Shown here: positions 27,070 through 36,054 of the stretch, piece after piece
Layout: each line of letters opens with the position of its first letter
Numbering within the stretch: position 1 is the stretch's first letter
Assembly (NCBI GenBank): GCA_041670045.1
Contig: JBAXZY010000002.1
Location: 1 to 42,537, forward strand
Direction of reading: 5' to 3'
Length of the DNA stretch: 42,537 bases
Source: Bacilli bacterium
GTDB taxonomy: Bacteria; Bacillota_I; Bacilli_A; RFN20; CAG-288
Program-made: the position numbers and the translations under genes
The notes under the pieces: model-generated
What the model saw: only the letters and a program-made list of their open reading frames with translations
Told to the model about the DNA's origin: nothing
The model's database searches: none

Positions 27070-28161
27070 ATGAAAGATTTATTACTAATGAGAGCTCCCT
27101 TAAAATACATTCAGGGAAAAGGAGCTTTAAAGCACTTCTACGAAAACTGCAAGTTCTTTGGAGACCATTTCTTGTTTGTCTGTTCTCATTCCGCTTATCA
27201 GGCCACTCATGATGCTATTGAGAAATCATTTGAAGGCAGTAAAGCTGTTCGCCGTTATGAAGTCTTCGGAGGCATTTCTTCCGTTGGTGAAATCAACAGA
27301 ATGGAAGAAATTGTGAAGAAAGACGGCATTGATGTTGTTATCGGTGTCGGTGGAGGCAGTGCTATTGATACGGCTAAGGCTACTGCTTATTACACTAATA
27401 AGCGTATTGCTATCATTCCAACAGTCGTTGCCACTGATGCTCCCTGCACTGGTTTAAGTGTTATTTATAATGATGACCATTCCTTCAACTCTTATCTTTT
27501 CTATCCTAATAACCCGGATCTAGTTGTTGTCGATAGTGGTGTCATTGCAAATGCTCCGACTAAGTTCTTAGTTGCTGGCATGGGTGATGCTTTAGGAACT
27601 TATTTTGAAGCTCGAGCTTCCTATAAGACTCATTCTTTATCTCTAGAGAATGGTGGCATTACTCTTTCATCCTTAGCTTTATGTGAGCTTTGCTACAAGA
27701 CTTTACTTAAAGACGGTGTCAAAGCCATGATTTCCAATGACAATCACTTAGTTACCCCAGAGCTTGATTCCATTATTGAAGCTAATGTCTATCTAAGCGG
27801 TGTCGGTGCCGATAACGGCGGATTATGTGTCGCTCATTCTTTCTACAATGGTGTTACTTCCTTACATAAGAAGACAGCAATGCATGGAAATTGTGTTGCC
27901 TATGGCACACTAGTTCAGCTGCTTTTAGAAGACAGTCCAGTTGAAGAATACAATCAGGTCAGAGACTTTGTCTACTCGGTTGGTCTTCCTTTGACTTTAG
28001 CAGACTTAGGCTGCACTCCTGAGGATGCCATGAACATTGCTTTAGCAAGCTGTGTCAAAGGTGAATCCATTCATTCCTTATCCGGTGACTGCAAGCCTGA
28101 GGAATTGCGTGATGCTATTCTTCTTCAGGATGCTTTAGGACGTAAGTTTTTAAACAAGTAG
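27070..28161 (+). CDS. gldA: Glycerol dehydrogenase (iron-containing alcohol dehydrogenase family)
   Basis: VIGVGGGSAIDTAKA. Overall GldA-like layout and length (363 aa). GGAGG RBS. Confidence 0.85.
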   Translation: MKDLLLMRAPLKYIQGKGALKHFYENCKFFGDHFLFVCSHSAYQATHDAIEKSFEGSKAVRRYEVFGGISSVGEINRMEEIVKKDGIDVVIGVGGGSAIDTAKATAYYTNKRIAIIPTVVATDAPCTGLSVIYNDDHSFNSYLFYPNNPDLVVVDSGVIANAPTKFLVAGMGDALGTYFEARASYKTHSLSLENGGITLSSLALCELCYKTLLKDGVKAMISNDNHLVTPELDSIIEANVYLSGVGADNGGLCVAHSFYNGVTSLHKKTAMHGNCVAYGTLVQLLLEDSPVEEYNQVRDFVYSVGLPLTLADLGCTPEDAMNIALASCVKGESIHSLSGDCKPEELRDAILLQDALGRKFLNK

Positions 28162-28167
28162 TTTTTA

Positions 28168-28209
28168 AAAGCCTTGATTGAGTCTAATGAGATTCGGTCA
28201 AGGCTTTTT
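28168..28209 (+). terminator. Intrinsic terminator after gldA
   Basis: AAAGCCUUGA...UCAAGGCUUU stem followed by UUUUUAU. Confidence 0.65.
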
Positions 28210-28264
28210 ATATGGATGTTTTCTAATTTAGCTATAAAACCATTTTATTTAAGCTAAGATGGTT

Positions 28265-29584
28265 TTATTTGCTTTCCACTTTTTGAAGTTTATATTCCTG
28301 TGGCTTCAAGAACTTCTTTTCTTCGACTAAGCTGATCAATAGATGAAAGACCATTCCAAAACCAAACATAAGAATAATAACATTCATACTCATTTTTAAA
28401 ATCCCACTTGTATAACAAGCAAAGAAGATACCATAATAAATCAGGTTAACCATCAAAGAGCAGATTAAAGAATAAATAGTCTTTCCCATTCCGATAAAGA
28501 TTGAATCGGGAATGATTGTTAAGGCATAAGCAATATAGAATGGAAAGAGTTTAATCACAATTTGGAAGATATCCTTGTGGTTTTCTAATTGTTCAGCATA
28601 TTGAAAGAAGGGTTCCCATAAAGGAATAGTGACTGACCAGAGAATCACCGTAAGTAAAACCATCAGATAATAATTGCTTTGCTTTAAAGAGAAGTAACCA
28701 TCTTTGCAATCGTGTTTAATAACTTCTCCTAAGGCAGTAACTGGTATTAAAAGCCAACCCCAGATAAAGTTATTACTGACCCAGTAATTTCCTTGCTGAG
28801 CAACCATATTGACCATTTTTCCAATCATCAAAGCATACACAATGTTATCGACAAACTGCTGTCCTCCGGAAAAGACGCCAATCTTTAACCAGCTTTTTGC
28901 AACTAAGCCGTCCTCTTTTTTAAACCAGCCAGGTCTTAAATATCCTTCAAGCAGCAAAACTATTATTCCAACCAGCGCCATGATGCTATTAGTCAAGATA
29001 TTAGAATAGGCCACTCCATTTACTCCATAGTTAGGAATAAGTATAAAATCAGCGATTATTTCTAAGATTATCTGAACTATCATGAAGATATAGACATTTT
29101 TGGATTTTCCAATTACTACAAAGACCACATTCACAAAGCTAGGAATGATGCCTATCATGAAAGCTATCGTTTCCTTTTGCAAGTAACTGAAAACAAGATT
29201 AGCATCCACAGTTTCAGTGTTCATGGCTTTGACCAAACTTAATCCGTAAAAGAAAACCATCAATGAGAATAAAAAGTACAAAACAAAGACAATGATTCCA
29301 GTCTTAAAGACTTGCTTAGAAAAATCTTTCTTATCATTCTTCAGTATCCGATTAAGAATCGAATAAAGAGGTACTATCAAAAAGGCTCTGATAGTTTCAT
29401 CAATCAGATCAAACCATTCCATCTGGCCAATGACATCTATTCCAGAAGTTGAGGTATTAGTAGAAATCAAGAAGGTTCTGATAGTCTGATAAATAGCCGG
29501 AATAAGACTTAAGGCACATAAAGCGATGAAAAGCGGGTAGTCAAAAGACTTCAGCCCTTTAAGAGCGTTTTTTATTTTATCCAT
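28265..29584 (-). CDS. MATE/MOP-superfamily transporter (divergent)
   Basis: 439 aa with about 12 TM segments. AGGAAA RBS. Starts 15 nt after the upstream small gene's stop. Confidence 0.55.
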   Translation of the reverse strand: MDKIKNALKGLKSFDYPLFIALCALSLIPAIYQTIRTFLISTNTSTSGIDVIGQMEWFDLIDETIRAFLIVPLYSILNRILKNDKKDFSKQVFKTGIIVFVLYFLFSLMVFFYGLSLVKAMNTETVDANLVFSYLQKETIAFMIGIIPSFVNVVFVVIGKSKNVYIFMIVQIILEIIADFILIPNYGVNGVAYSNILTNSIMALVGIIVLLLEGYLRPGWFKKEDGLVAKSWLKIGVFSGGQQFVDNIVYALMIGKMVNMVAQQGNYWVSNNFIWGWLLIPVTALGEVIKHDCKDGYFSLKQSNYYLMVLLTVILWSVTIPLWEPFFQYAEQLENHKDIFQIVIKLFPFYIAYALTIIPDSIFIGMGKTIYSLICSLMVNLIYYGIFFACYTSGILKMSMNVIILMFGFGMVFHLLISLVEEKKFLKPQEYKLQKVESK

Positions 29585-29599
29585 TTAAGGTTTTCCTTT

Positions 29600-30028
29600 T
29601 TAACAATCCAGATACTGATTTTCTCTTCTAGAATACTGCATTATTTCTTTTTCTTTCCGCCTCTGGTATTCATTGTTTTCTTTTTTGTCTTCTTTTGCTG
29701 AATAAAAATGATTAATAATCGGCATATGTTTAATGGAATCAGCAATCAAAGGACAGTGTTCTTCCTGTTCCTGATGATTGTGGCATTTAAAGTAAGGATC
29801 ATTTAGGTAGTTGGCTTTACAGATCAAATAATCTTCAAAGCTGACTTCAAAACAATTAATGATGGCAAATTTGTCATTATGCTTTACCCGTGGAGCGTTC
29901 CTAATATTCTGAGCGGCTTCTTTTCTAGATGAAGCCATGGTCGGAAAGAACTTTGAAATATAATTATTGCGGCCAACATGTCCGCATCTAGCTTCTACAA
30001 CAAAATAATTCCTGTTTTGCTTTTTCAT
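29600..30028 (-). CDS. Small Cys/His-containing hypothetical protein
   Basis: 142 aa with ARCGHVGRNNY and KCHNHQEQEEHC. Its ATG overlaps the upstream stop (ATGA). Confidence 0.55.
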   Translation of the reverse strand: MKKQNRNYFVVEARCGHVGRNNYISKFFPTMASSRKEAAQNIRNAPRVKHNDKFAIINCFEVSFEDYLICKANYLNDPYFKCHNHQEQEEHCPLIADSIKHMPIINHFYSAKEDKKENNEYQRRKEKEIMQYSRRENQYLDC

Positions 30029-31752
30029 CCTATTTCTTCCTTAATCCTGTCACGATACAATTCTACAAAGACCTTGCTCCAGCCAATCCATTCAAAGATT
30101 CTCTTATAGTTTTGTTTGACACTTCTTTTCAATCGGCTGTCCATTACCTGAATCATCTTATCTGCCCAATTGGTCTTCATTTCTTTACTTGGACCATATT
30201 CTTTTAGAAGAGTCTTCATATCTAAGAAAATAGATTCACTATTCCGATCGTGGTCTCCAATATTAAGTCCTGTCCAGATCAGATAGATTAAGTCTTCGTA
30301 TTCTTCACCGATTTTGGTAGTATCCCAATCAATGATACCGATTAAAGTATTATTCTCGTTAGGTTTCCTATCAAAGACCATATTTATAACCGAGAAGTCA
30401 TCATGAACATAGACTTTCCCATTTCCAAGAGCTTCTTTAGATATCATATTGATGGTTTTCAGTGCTTTAACAATGCTGATTAGTTCTTCAATTGGCTCTT
30501 TAACAATATAGCCAGGAACAAAGCCTTTTATATATGAAAAGTAATCATAGCCTTTTTCTTGTTTAAGAAGACGAGGAACAAAAGAAACCTGATGCTGTTC
30601 CATTAACTTCAAGAAATCATATTCATACTGATTATGAGTACTGATTTTAACTAGATTACCGTTTTCAAGCCTTGTATCTCCATCTGAATATCCGCCAAGA
30701 AGTGGCTTAGAGGATATATTGAAATCTTTGATTTGCTGATTGAGATCATTAAGAAGATAAAGCATTTGATCTGGTAAATCAGGTTGAGACTCTAAGCGAG
30801 TAGTAACAATATTTCCATAAAGTGTCTGTCCTACTAGGATGAACCCTTCCTGATTAATGCTAACACCTACTTCATTTTTGAAATGCTCATTAAAATAAGC
30901 AAGGGATTTCTTATTTAGCTCAATAGCTTTCATTAAGAAGCTTTTGACTTGCTCAGGATATTCTTTTCCTCTCATTAAAAGGTAGTTGGCGACATTAAAT
31001 AGGAGGTTGTTAACATAGAATCCTTTTTCGTCATGACAATGGAGTCCTTTATTCACATCAGCAAGAGAAATTACTTTTCCATTAAATAAACTGTTGAAGA
31101 TATTTTTGGTACTAATAATTGCTTTTATCAATCCATTATCGATAAACAATTCCGGTTGAGCATAAGAATAACGCAGTCTACTAAATGGAGCAAAGACTTT
31201 TTCAAATAGCTTAGCATCATCACTTTTACAAATAAGTTCAAAAATAGAATCCTTTTTCCCCTTGTCGCCTAACAAAGGCCCATTTGTAGTTTCTAAAAGG
31301 TTACCCGAAAAATCTAATTGCAGTTTTTTCTTCTCTGCCAGATATCGAATTCCATTGATTGCATCATAATCAATAATGTAATCGAAAATATCCTTAAAAT
31401 ATTCATCAGTATGTCCAATGATTCCTTGCTCGTCTAACTTTTGATATTCCTCAAATGAATCAAGGCTAGCAGCATAACGAATTCCTTTATTAATGAATTG
31501 AATTTTTTTCTTTTGAGGAGAAATCATATCTGAAAAGCTGGTTTCTAAGATTCTTTCCATTGGAATTATGTATTCATAGCTCAAAGGCTTTTCCCCTGAA
31601 ATCATTTTACTGAAGTTTCCTTTTCCTTTTTCGGCTTCAGTCTCAGGATCTTCCTTTCCTATTGAAACAAAGATTTGTCTAAGTAATCCTATTTGGGTTA
31701 AACCGTGTCTAGCAAGTAAGTCCTCTATATATAATTGTTGTTTTGGTCTCAT
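30025..31752 (-). CDS. XRE-type HTH fused to an APH/choline-kinase-like phosphotransferase domain
   Basis: N-terminus LLARHGLTQIGLLRQIF...ISGEKPLSYEYIIPMERIL. C-terminus carries the Brenner motif VHDDFSVIN (HxDxxxxN) and IIDWDTTKIGEEYEDL. Confidence 0.7.
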   Translation of the reverse strand: MRPKQQLYIEDLLARHGLTQIGLLRQIFVSIGKEDPETEAEKGKGNFSKMISGEKPLSYEYIIPMERILETSFSDMISPQKKKIQFINKGIRYAASLDSFEEYQKLDEQGIIGHTDEYFKDIFDYIIDYDAINGIRYLAEKKKLQLDFSGNLLETTNGPLLGDKGKKDSIFELICKSDDAKLFEKVFAPFSRLRYSYAQPELFIDNGLIKAIISTKNIFNSLFNGKVISLADVNKGLHCHDEKGFYVNNLLFNVANYLLMRGKEYPEQVKSFLMKAIELNKKSLAYFNEHFKNEVGVSINQEGFILVGQTLYGNIVTTRLESQPDLPDQMLYLLNDLNQQIKDFNISSKPLLGGYSDGDTRLENGNLVKISTHNQYEYDFLKLMEQHQVSFVPRLLKQEKGYDYFSYIKGFVPGYIVKEPIEELISIVKALKTINMISKEALGNGKVYVHDDFSVINMVFDRKPNENNTLIGIIDWDTTKIGEEYEDLIYLIWTGLNIGDHDRNSESIFLDMKTLLKEYGPSKEMKTNWADKMIQVMDSRLKRSVKQNYKRIFEWIGWSKVFVELYRDRIKEEIG

Positions 31753-31813
31753 GTTTTTTTGCTTTCTTTATGCTTTTAGCTTAATACCGTAATAAGAGTA
31801 AGGCAATAATAGT

Positions 31814-31887
31814 GTTGTCTTTTTCACAATATTAAGTTGTCTTTTTTTGAGTACACTATTTTTTTCTCTTCGTAAAAAAAGACAACT
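31814..31887. promoter_or_regulatory. Three copies of GTTGTCTTTTT (two direct, one inverted) in the divergent intergenic region
   Basis: Copies at 31814-31824, 31835-31848 and, inverted, 31874-31887. The last two form a perfect 14-bp inverted repeat AGTTGTCTTTTTTT/AAAAAAAGACAACT. Confidence 0.45.
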
Positions 31888-31894
31888 TGGGATT

Positions 31895-31907
31895 AAAAAA
31901 AAAAAAA
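31895..31907. repeat. A13 homopolymer tract
   Basis: Thirteen consecutive A residues counted directly. It lies between the operator-like repeats and the helicase gene. Confidence 0.9.
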
Positions 31908-32021
31908 TATTCAATACAAATAAGCATTAGCCAATTAGTTGAATTTTAAAGTTTATTCTGGTTTAGATTGTTTCTTAAAAAAGTAATGCTTATCATAGAA
32001 CAGAAAGATAAGGAAACTATT

Positions 32022-34967
32022 ATGAATGTTATTAAAAAATTCTTCGATAATTTAAAGGAAAGTCATAATAAAAGCGTTTTAGTTTCTTTTATCAAAAAAG
32101 AGAAGAAACTACTAGATTATCTTCAACCAATTGATGAAACAATACCTGCTTTAATAACTAAACGGCTTTCTTTTTCCTATCAATCAAACGAATACAAAAA
32201 CTTAGTCAAAGAAATACAGGATTTGACTGAAGAAACTAAGCAGCATAATTCGATTATCGATAAAATTGATTCCGCTAAAAAAGCCTTTAACTTGGATGAA
32301 TATCTAAAGAATCCAGACAACGTTCCTAATGATTATCTGTTGTCTTTAAAAGGCATCTTAACAGAAATCAATGCCTTTCCTAAAAAAGAAAAGAATTACA
32401 AAGAATTTGCCAATGCCATTTCTGATTTTTTAACTAATTCAGATTCAATTAAAGAACAGTATTCTTCTTTAATTACAGCAAGAGCTTTTTTAAATGAAGA
32501 AAGAGATTATTATCTAGATGAAAGAATTGTAGAAGGCATCAAGCAGAAAACTAATTTGCTTTTAGAGCCAATCCTTGCTTCTAAAAAACCATACTATAGC
32601 GCCTCTGAATTTAATAATATTAATAGCTTTATTTCAAATAAAAACGAATCTTTCATTAAAAAGCATCTTAATGATTCCATATTCGATAATATTGGTGGCC
32701 GAAGTCTTGATTTTGATCAACGAAAAACTATCTTATGTGATTCAGTTTCTAACTTAACTATTGCTGGGGCCGGTTGTGGTAAAACTACTACTATCTGTGG
32801 AAAAGTAAAATACTTATTAGAGACTAAGAAAGCAAACCCAGATGAAATACTTCTTTTATCTTATTCTAAGAATTCAGCAAATGATTTGAAAAAGAAAATC
32901 AGTGAGGTAAACGATCAATTAGAAGTACGTACTTTCCATGCTTTAGGATTAAGTATCTTAACTGAAGCTCTGCATCAGAAAATGACTGTCGAAGATCAGT
33001 TTGATGCCATCATTGAAAGATACTTTCGAGAGAAGCTTTCATCTGACCAAAGAAGCTTATATCAAATTCTTACTTACTACAGTCTCTATTTAAAGAGCAA
33101 TACTCAAAACTATTATGCTGATTTAGGTGCCCAGTTTACAGATTTAAGAAGTAAAGACTTCCAGACTATTAAGAATCAACTCTCGGATTTAGCTGACCCT
33201 AGCAAAGTTACTATTCAAAAAGAAGTAGTAAAAAGCTATGATGAACTGGCTATTGCTAACTTCTATTTCATTAATGGCATTAGATACGAGTATGAAAAGC
33301 CTTATGCCTATAATGTTTCTTCTAGTGAAAATAGGCAGTACCTTCCTGATTTTTATTTACTTGATTACAAAGTTTATCATGAACATTATGGTGTCAATAA
33401 AGAAGGACATACCCCTCAGTATCCTTTAGATGAAGAGAAAAAATATTTGCAAGGTATAGACTGGAAGAGAAAAATTCATGCCCGATACGAGACAACCTGC
33501 ATAGAAACTTATTCCTATGAATTCACAGATGGTACAATATTTACTAAATTAACTGAAGAATTAGCTAAGAACCATATTCCTCTTAAGCCTTTAAATGCAA
33601 ATCAAGTCTACAAAGCCATGAATTCCATCTACCAGAAACAGGATTTCAAATCCTTAATTTCCTTAATCAAGTCATTCATCAATCTCTACAAAGCCAAATA
33701 CTCCAATAGTTCATATTTTGAATTACTAAAAAAAGAAGCCGTGAGGTTCAAAGATCAATACAACATTAACCGGGCTTGTATGTTCCTCGATATCTGCAAG
33801 AATATCTATGAATATTATCTTTCAGTACTAAAGGAAGAAAACAAAATTGATTTTGATGACATGATTAATCAATCAATGCAGAAGCTCCCTTTACTAAAAG
33901 ACTACAAATACAAATATATCCTAGTAGATGAATTCCAAGATATTTCCTATAGTCGCTTTCAATTCCTTAAAGCCTTAATTAATCATGGTTCCTCTAAATT
34001 ATTTGCCGTCGGAGATGATTGGCAAGCCATCTATCGATTCTCAGGTTGCGACTTGAATATTTTCTTAGACTTCAAAAACAATTTTGTGGACTCTACTATT
34101 CATTTTTTGAGCCATACTCATCGAAACAGTCAGGAGATACAAAATATCATTGAACCTTTCATCACTCGTAATCTTCAACAGATTAAAAAGCATTTGGTTT
34201 CGGATAAACATCAAAAGGATCCTATAAGATTGCTGTACTACAACTATTCCAATAGACAGGAAATCTTAGTTCAGGCCTTAAGAGCTATTGATGCCATGAA
34301 TCCAAAAGCATCCGTTTTACTTTTAGGAAGAAATAACTGTGATCTCAATTATTATCTGAACAGTGAGCTAACTATATCAAGCAAAGGACTACTTAAACAC
34401 CATCTATTTCCTAATCTATCCCTATCGTTTAAAACCATTCATGGCTCAAAAGGCTTAGAAGCTGATTATGTCATTGTTTTAAATAATTCGGACGGACGAA
34501 ATGGTTTTCCATCCACTATCGAAGATGATGAAATCCTTTCTCTCGTTCTAAGTGAAAAGAGTAATTTTCCTCTTGATGAAGAGAGACGTCTTTTCTATGT
34601 TGCTATCACAAGAACTAGAAATGTTACTTTTCTTTTAGTTCCATTGGATTCACAATCTGTTTTCATCCAAGAAATAGAACCGTATATCTATATTGTCAAC
34701 CCACAGATTAAACATGAAGAAGAAAAGCCTATTCTTTGTCCTAAATGTCATTCAGGACATCTAGTATTAAGAAACAATGGAACTTTTTATGGGTGCTCAA
34801 ACTATCCTTATTGTGATTACACTAACAGACACGTTGAAGATGTTAAAAAGAACAGACGTTGTCCTGTTTGCGGTGACTTCTTAGTTTGGCGAAAAGATAA
34901 ATCAGGTCATTATTTCTTAGCCTGCTCAAGTTATCCAAAATGTACCTATACTTCTAAAAGAAGATAG
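32022..34967 (+). CDS. DNA helicase IV-like UvrD-family helicase with a nuclease-like insert and two C-terminal topoisomerase-type C4 zinc fingers
   Basis: Motifs AGAGCGKTTT, TFHALG, LVDEFQDIS, FAVGDDWQAIYRFSG, TIHGSKGLEADYVIVL, RRLFYVAITRTR. The N-terminal run-in is like helicase IV. CPKCHSGHL...YGCSNYPYCDY and CPVCGDFL...LACSSYPKCTY are present. Start moved to ATG 32022 (AAGGAA RBS), because the track start is TTG. Confidence 0.85.
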   Translation: MNVIKKFFDNLKESHNKSVLVSFIKKEKKLLDYLQPIDETIPALITKRLSFSYQSNEYKNLVKEIQDLTEETKQHNSIIDKIDSAKKAFNLDEYLKNPDNVPNDYLLSLKGILTEINAFPKKEKNYKEFANAISDFLTNSDSIKEQYSSLITARAFLNEERDYYLDERIVEGIKQKTNLLLEPILASKKPYYSASEFNNINSFISNKNESFIKKHLNDSIFDNIGGRSLDFDQRKTILCDSVSNLTIAGAGCGKTTTICGKVKYLLETKKANPDEILLLSYSKNSANDLKKKISEVNDQLEVRTFHALGLSILTEALHQKMTVEDQFDAIIERYFREKLSSDQRSLYQILTYYSLYLKSNTQNYYADLGAQFTDLRSKDFQTIKNQLSDLADPSKVTIQKEVVKSYDELAIANFYFINGIRYEYEKPYAYNVSSSENRQYLPDFYLLDYKVYHEHYGVNKEGHTPQYPLDEEKKYLQGIDWKRKIHARYETTCIETYSYEFTDGTIFTKLTEELAKNHIPLKPLNANQVYKAMNSIYQKQDFKSLISLIKSFINLYKAKYSNSSYFELLKKEAVRFKDQYNINRACMFLDICKNIYEYYLSVLKEENKIDFDDMINQSMQKLPLLKDYKYKYILVDEFQDISYSRFQFLKALINHGSSKLFAVGDDWQAIYRFSGCDLNIFLDFKNNFVDSTIHFLSHTHRNSQEIQNIIEPFITRNLQQIKKHLVSDKHQKDPIRLLYYNYSNRQEILVQALRAIDAMNPKASVLLLGRNNCDLNYYLNSELTISSKGLLKHHLFPNLSLSFKTIHGSKGLEADYVIVLNNSDGRNGFPSTIEDDEILSLVLSEKSNFPLDEERRLFYVAITRTRNVTFLLVPLDSQSVFIQEIEPYIYIVNPQIKHEEEKPILCPKCHSGHLVLRNNGTFYGCSNYPYCDYTNRHVEDVKKNRRCPVCGDFLVWRKDKSGHYFLACSSYPKCTYTSKRR

Positions 34968-35000
34968 AAGTTGTTTATTAATATTAAGAGTGTATTTTAC

Positions 35001-35579
35001 TTATTTTTGTAGTATTACATTCAACCACTTATTGCTTCTACCCATACTGTCATCATCAATCCAAATGTCGATATCTTCTAAACCAGTTCCTTGGATTAAT
35101 TCTAGAAGACTCTCTTTAGTTAAATCAGTATAGTAACGATTATCCCGATATCCTTCAAAGTTTCCTTCTTTAAAAGAGACAAAAAGAATACCGTGATCTT
35201 TTAAAGCCTGTGCAAGCTTTAAGAAGATTGACTTAAGTTCTTCTTTCTTAAAATGAAGCAACGAGGCTGAACAATAGATTGCGTCATATTTGTTAACTTC
35301 ATTGAGGTCTTCGATCTTTCCATCTATGACATGCTTCAAGCCAATTTCTTTTCCGTGAAGAAGGAATTCCTTAACACAGTCAAGTGAATCCACCTGATAG
35401 CCTTTTTCTTGGAAATAAAGGGAATCACGTCCTGATCCAAAGCCAGCATCCAGAATCAAGGACTTAGGTTTTAAATGACTAAGAAACCTGTCTCTTGAAG
35501 AAGAGACATTCAAATTAAAAGAGGTTGAGATATAAGTCTTGGCATTCTCGTCATAGAAGTCCTTGGTCTTTTTGTTCAT
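35001..35579 (-). CDS. Class I SAM-dependent methyltransferase
   Basis: Motif I ILDAGFGSGRDSLYF. 192 aa. Confidence 0.8.
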   Translation of the reverse strand: MNKKTKDFYDENAKTYISTSFNLNVSSSRDRFLSHLKPKSLILDAGFGSGRDSLYFQEKGYQVDSLDCVKEFLLHGKEIGLKHVIDGKIEDLNEVNKYDAIYCSASLLHFKKEELKSIFLKLAQALKDHGILFVSFKEGNFEGYRDNRYYTDLTKESLLELIQGTGLEDIDIWIDDDSMGRSNKWLNVILQK

Positions 35580-35827
35580 AGCTGGAACTCCCGATAGAAA
35601 CGATCAACTAAATCATTCTGGTTAGCAAATTGCAATTCATTCCAATAGTATTTCAGCATGCAGGAAGCAATTGATTTAAAGGAGACAACTATCTGCTTAT
35701 CTTCTTTCTGATAATCAGAAAAGGATAAGCATTCTAAAATAGCTCTTCCCCAACTGAGTTTATAGGTGTTGGTATTCTTCATATTCTCGATGATATCTAA
35801 CCAATCTTGGATATAAGGATCAATCAT
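35576..35827 (-). CDS. Small hypothetical protein, translationally coupled to the methyltransferase
   Basis: 83 aa. Its stop overlaps the methyltransferase ATG (ATGA). Function unknown, and it may be a fragment of a larger protein. Confidence 0.45.
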   Translation of the reverse strand: MIDPYIQDWLDIIENMKNTNTYKLSWGRAILECLSFSDYQKEDKQIVVSFKSIASCMLKYYWNELQFANQNDLVDRFYREFQL

Positions 35828-35982
35828 TCTGTTTACTAAAAGGATAGCACTTTGTGATTTGAATTAATAATAAGATCTCCATCTGATAAGAAAGGCGTTT
35901 GCATGATATTTCTATTATTTTTCCTAACGCTTTCTATTTTCTTTTGCTACAATATCCAAGTCGTTTAAACTATCGAATTTAA

Positions 35983-36033
35983 AAAACGCTCATGTTTCCA
36001 GAACTAATTCTGGGTTTCAAAAAGCGTTTTTTT
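35983..36033 (+). promoter_or_regulatory. Terminator-like hairpin in the leader of the MATE gene (attenuator candidate)
   Basis: Outer stem AAAACGCU/AGCGUUUU and inner stem CCAGAA-cuaa-UUCUGG, followed by a U-run. An extended -10 TGCTACAAT lies at 35945-35953. The real start is ATG 36055. Confidence 0.4.
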
Positions 36034-36054
36034 ATTTTTGTTTTAGGGGCATCT

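Noticed and set aside
32575-33429. Short plus-strand ORFs (32575-32757, 33238-33429) within the helicase gene
   Set aside because: They are alternative-frame ORFs inside a motif-rich 981-aa gene, hydrophobic through AT bias, and have no RBS.
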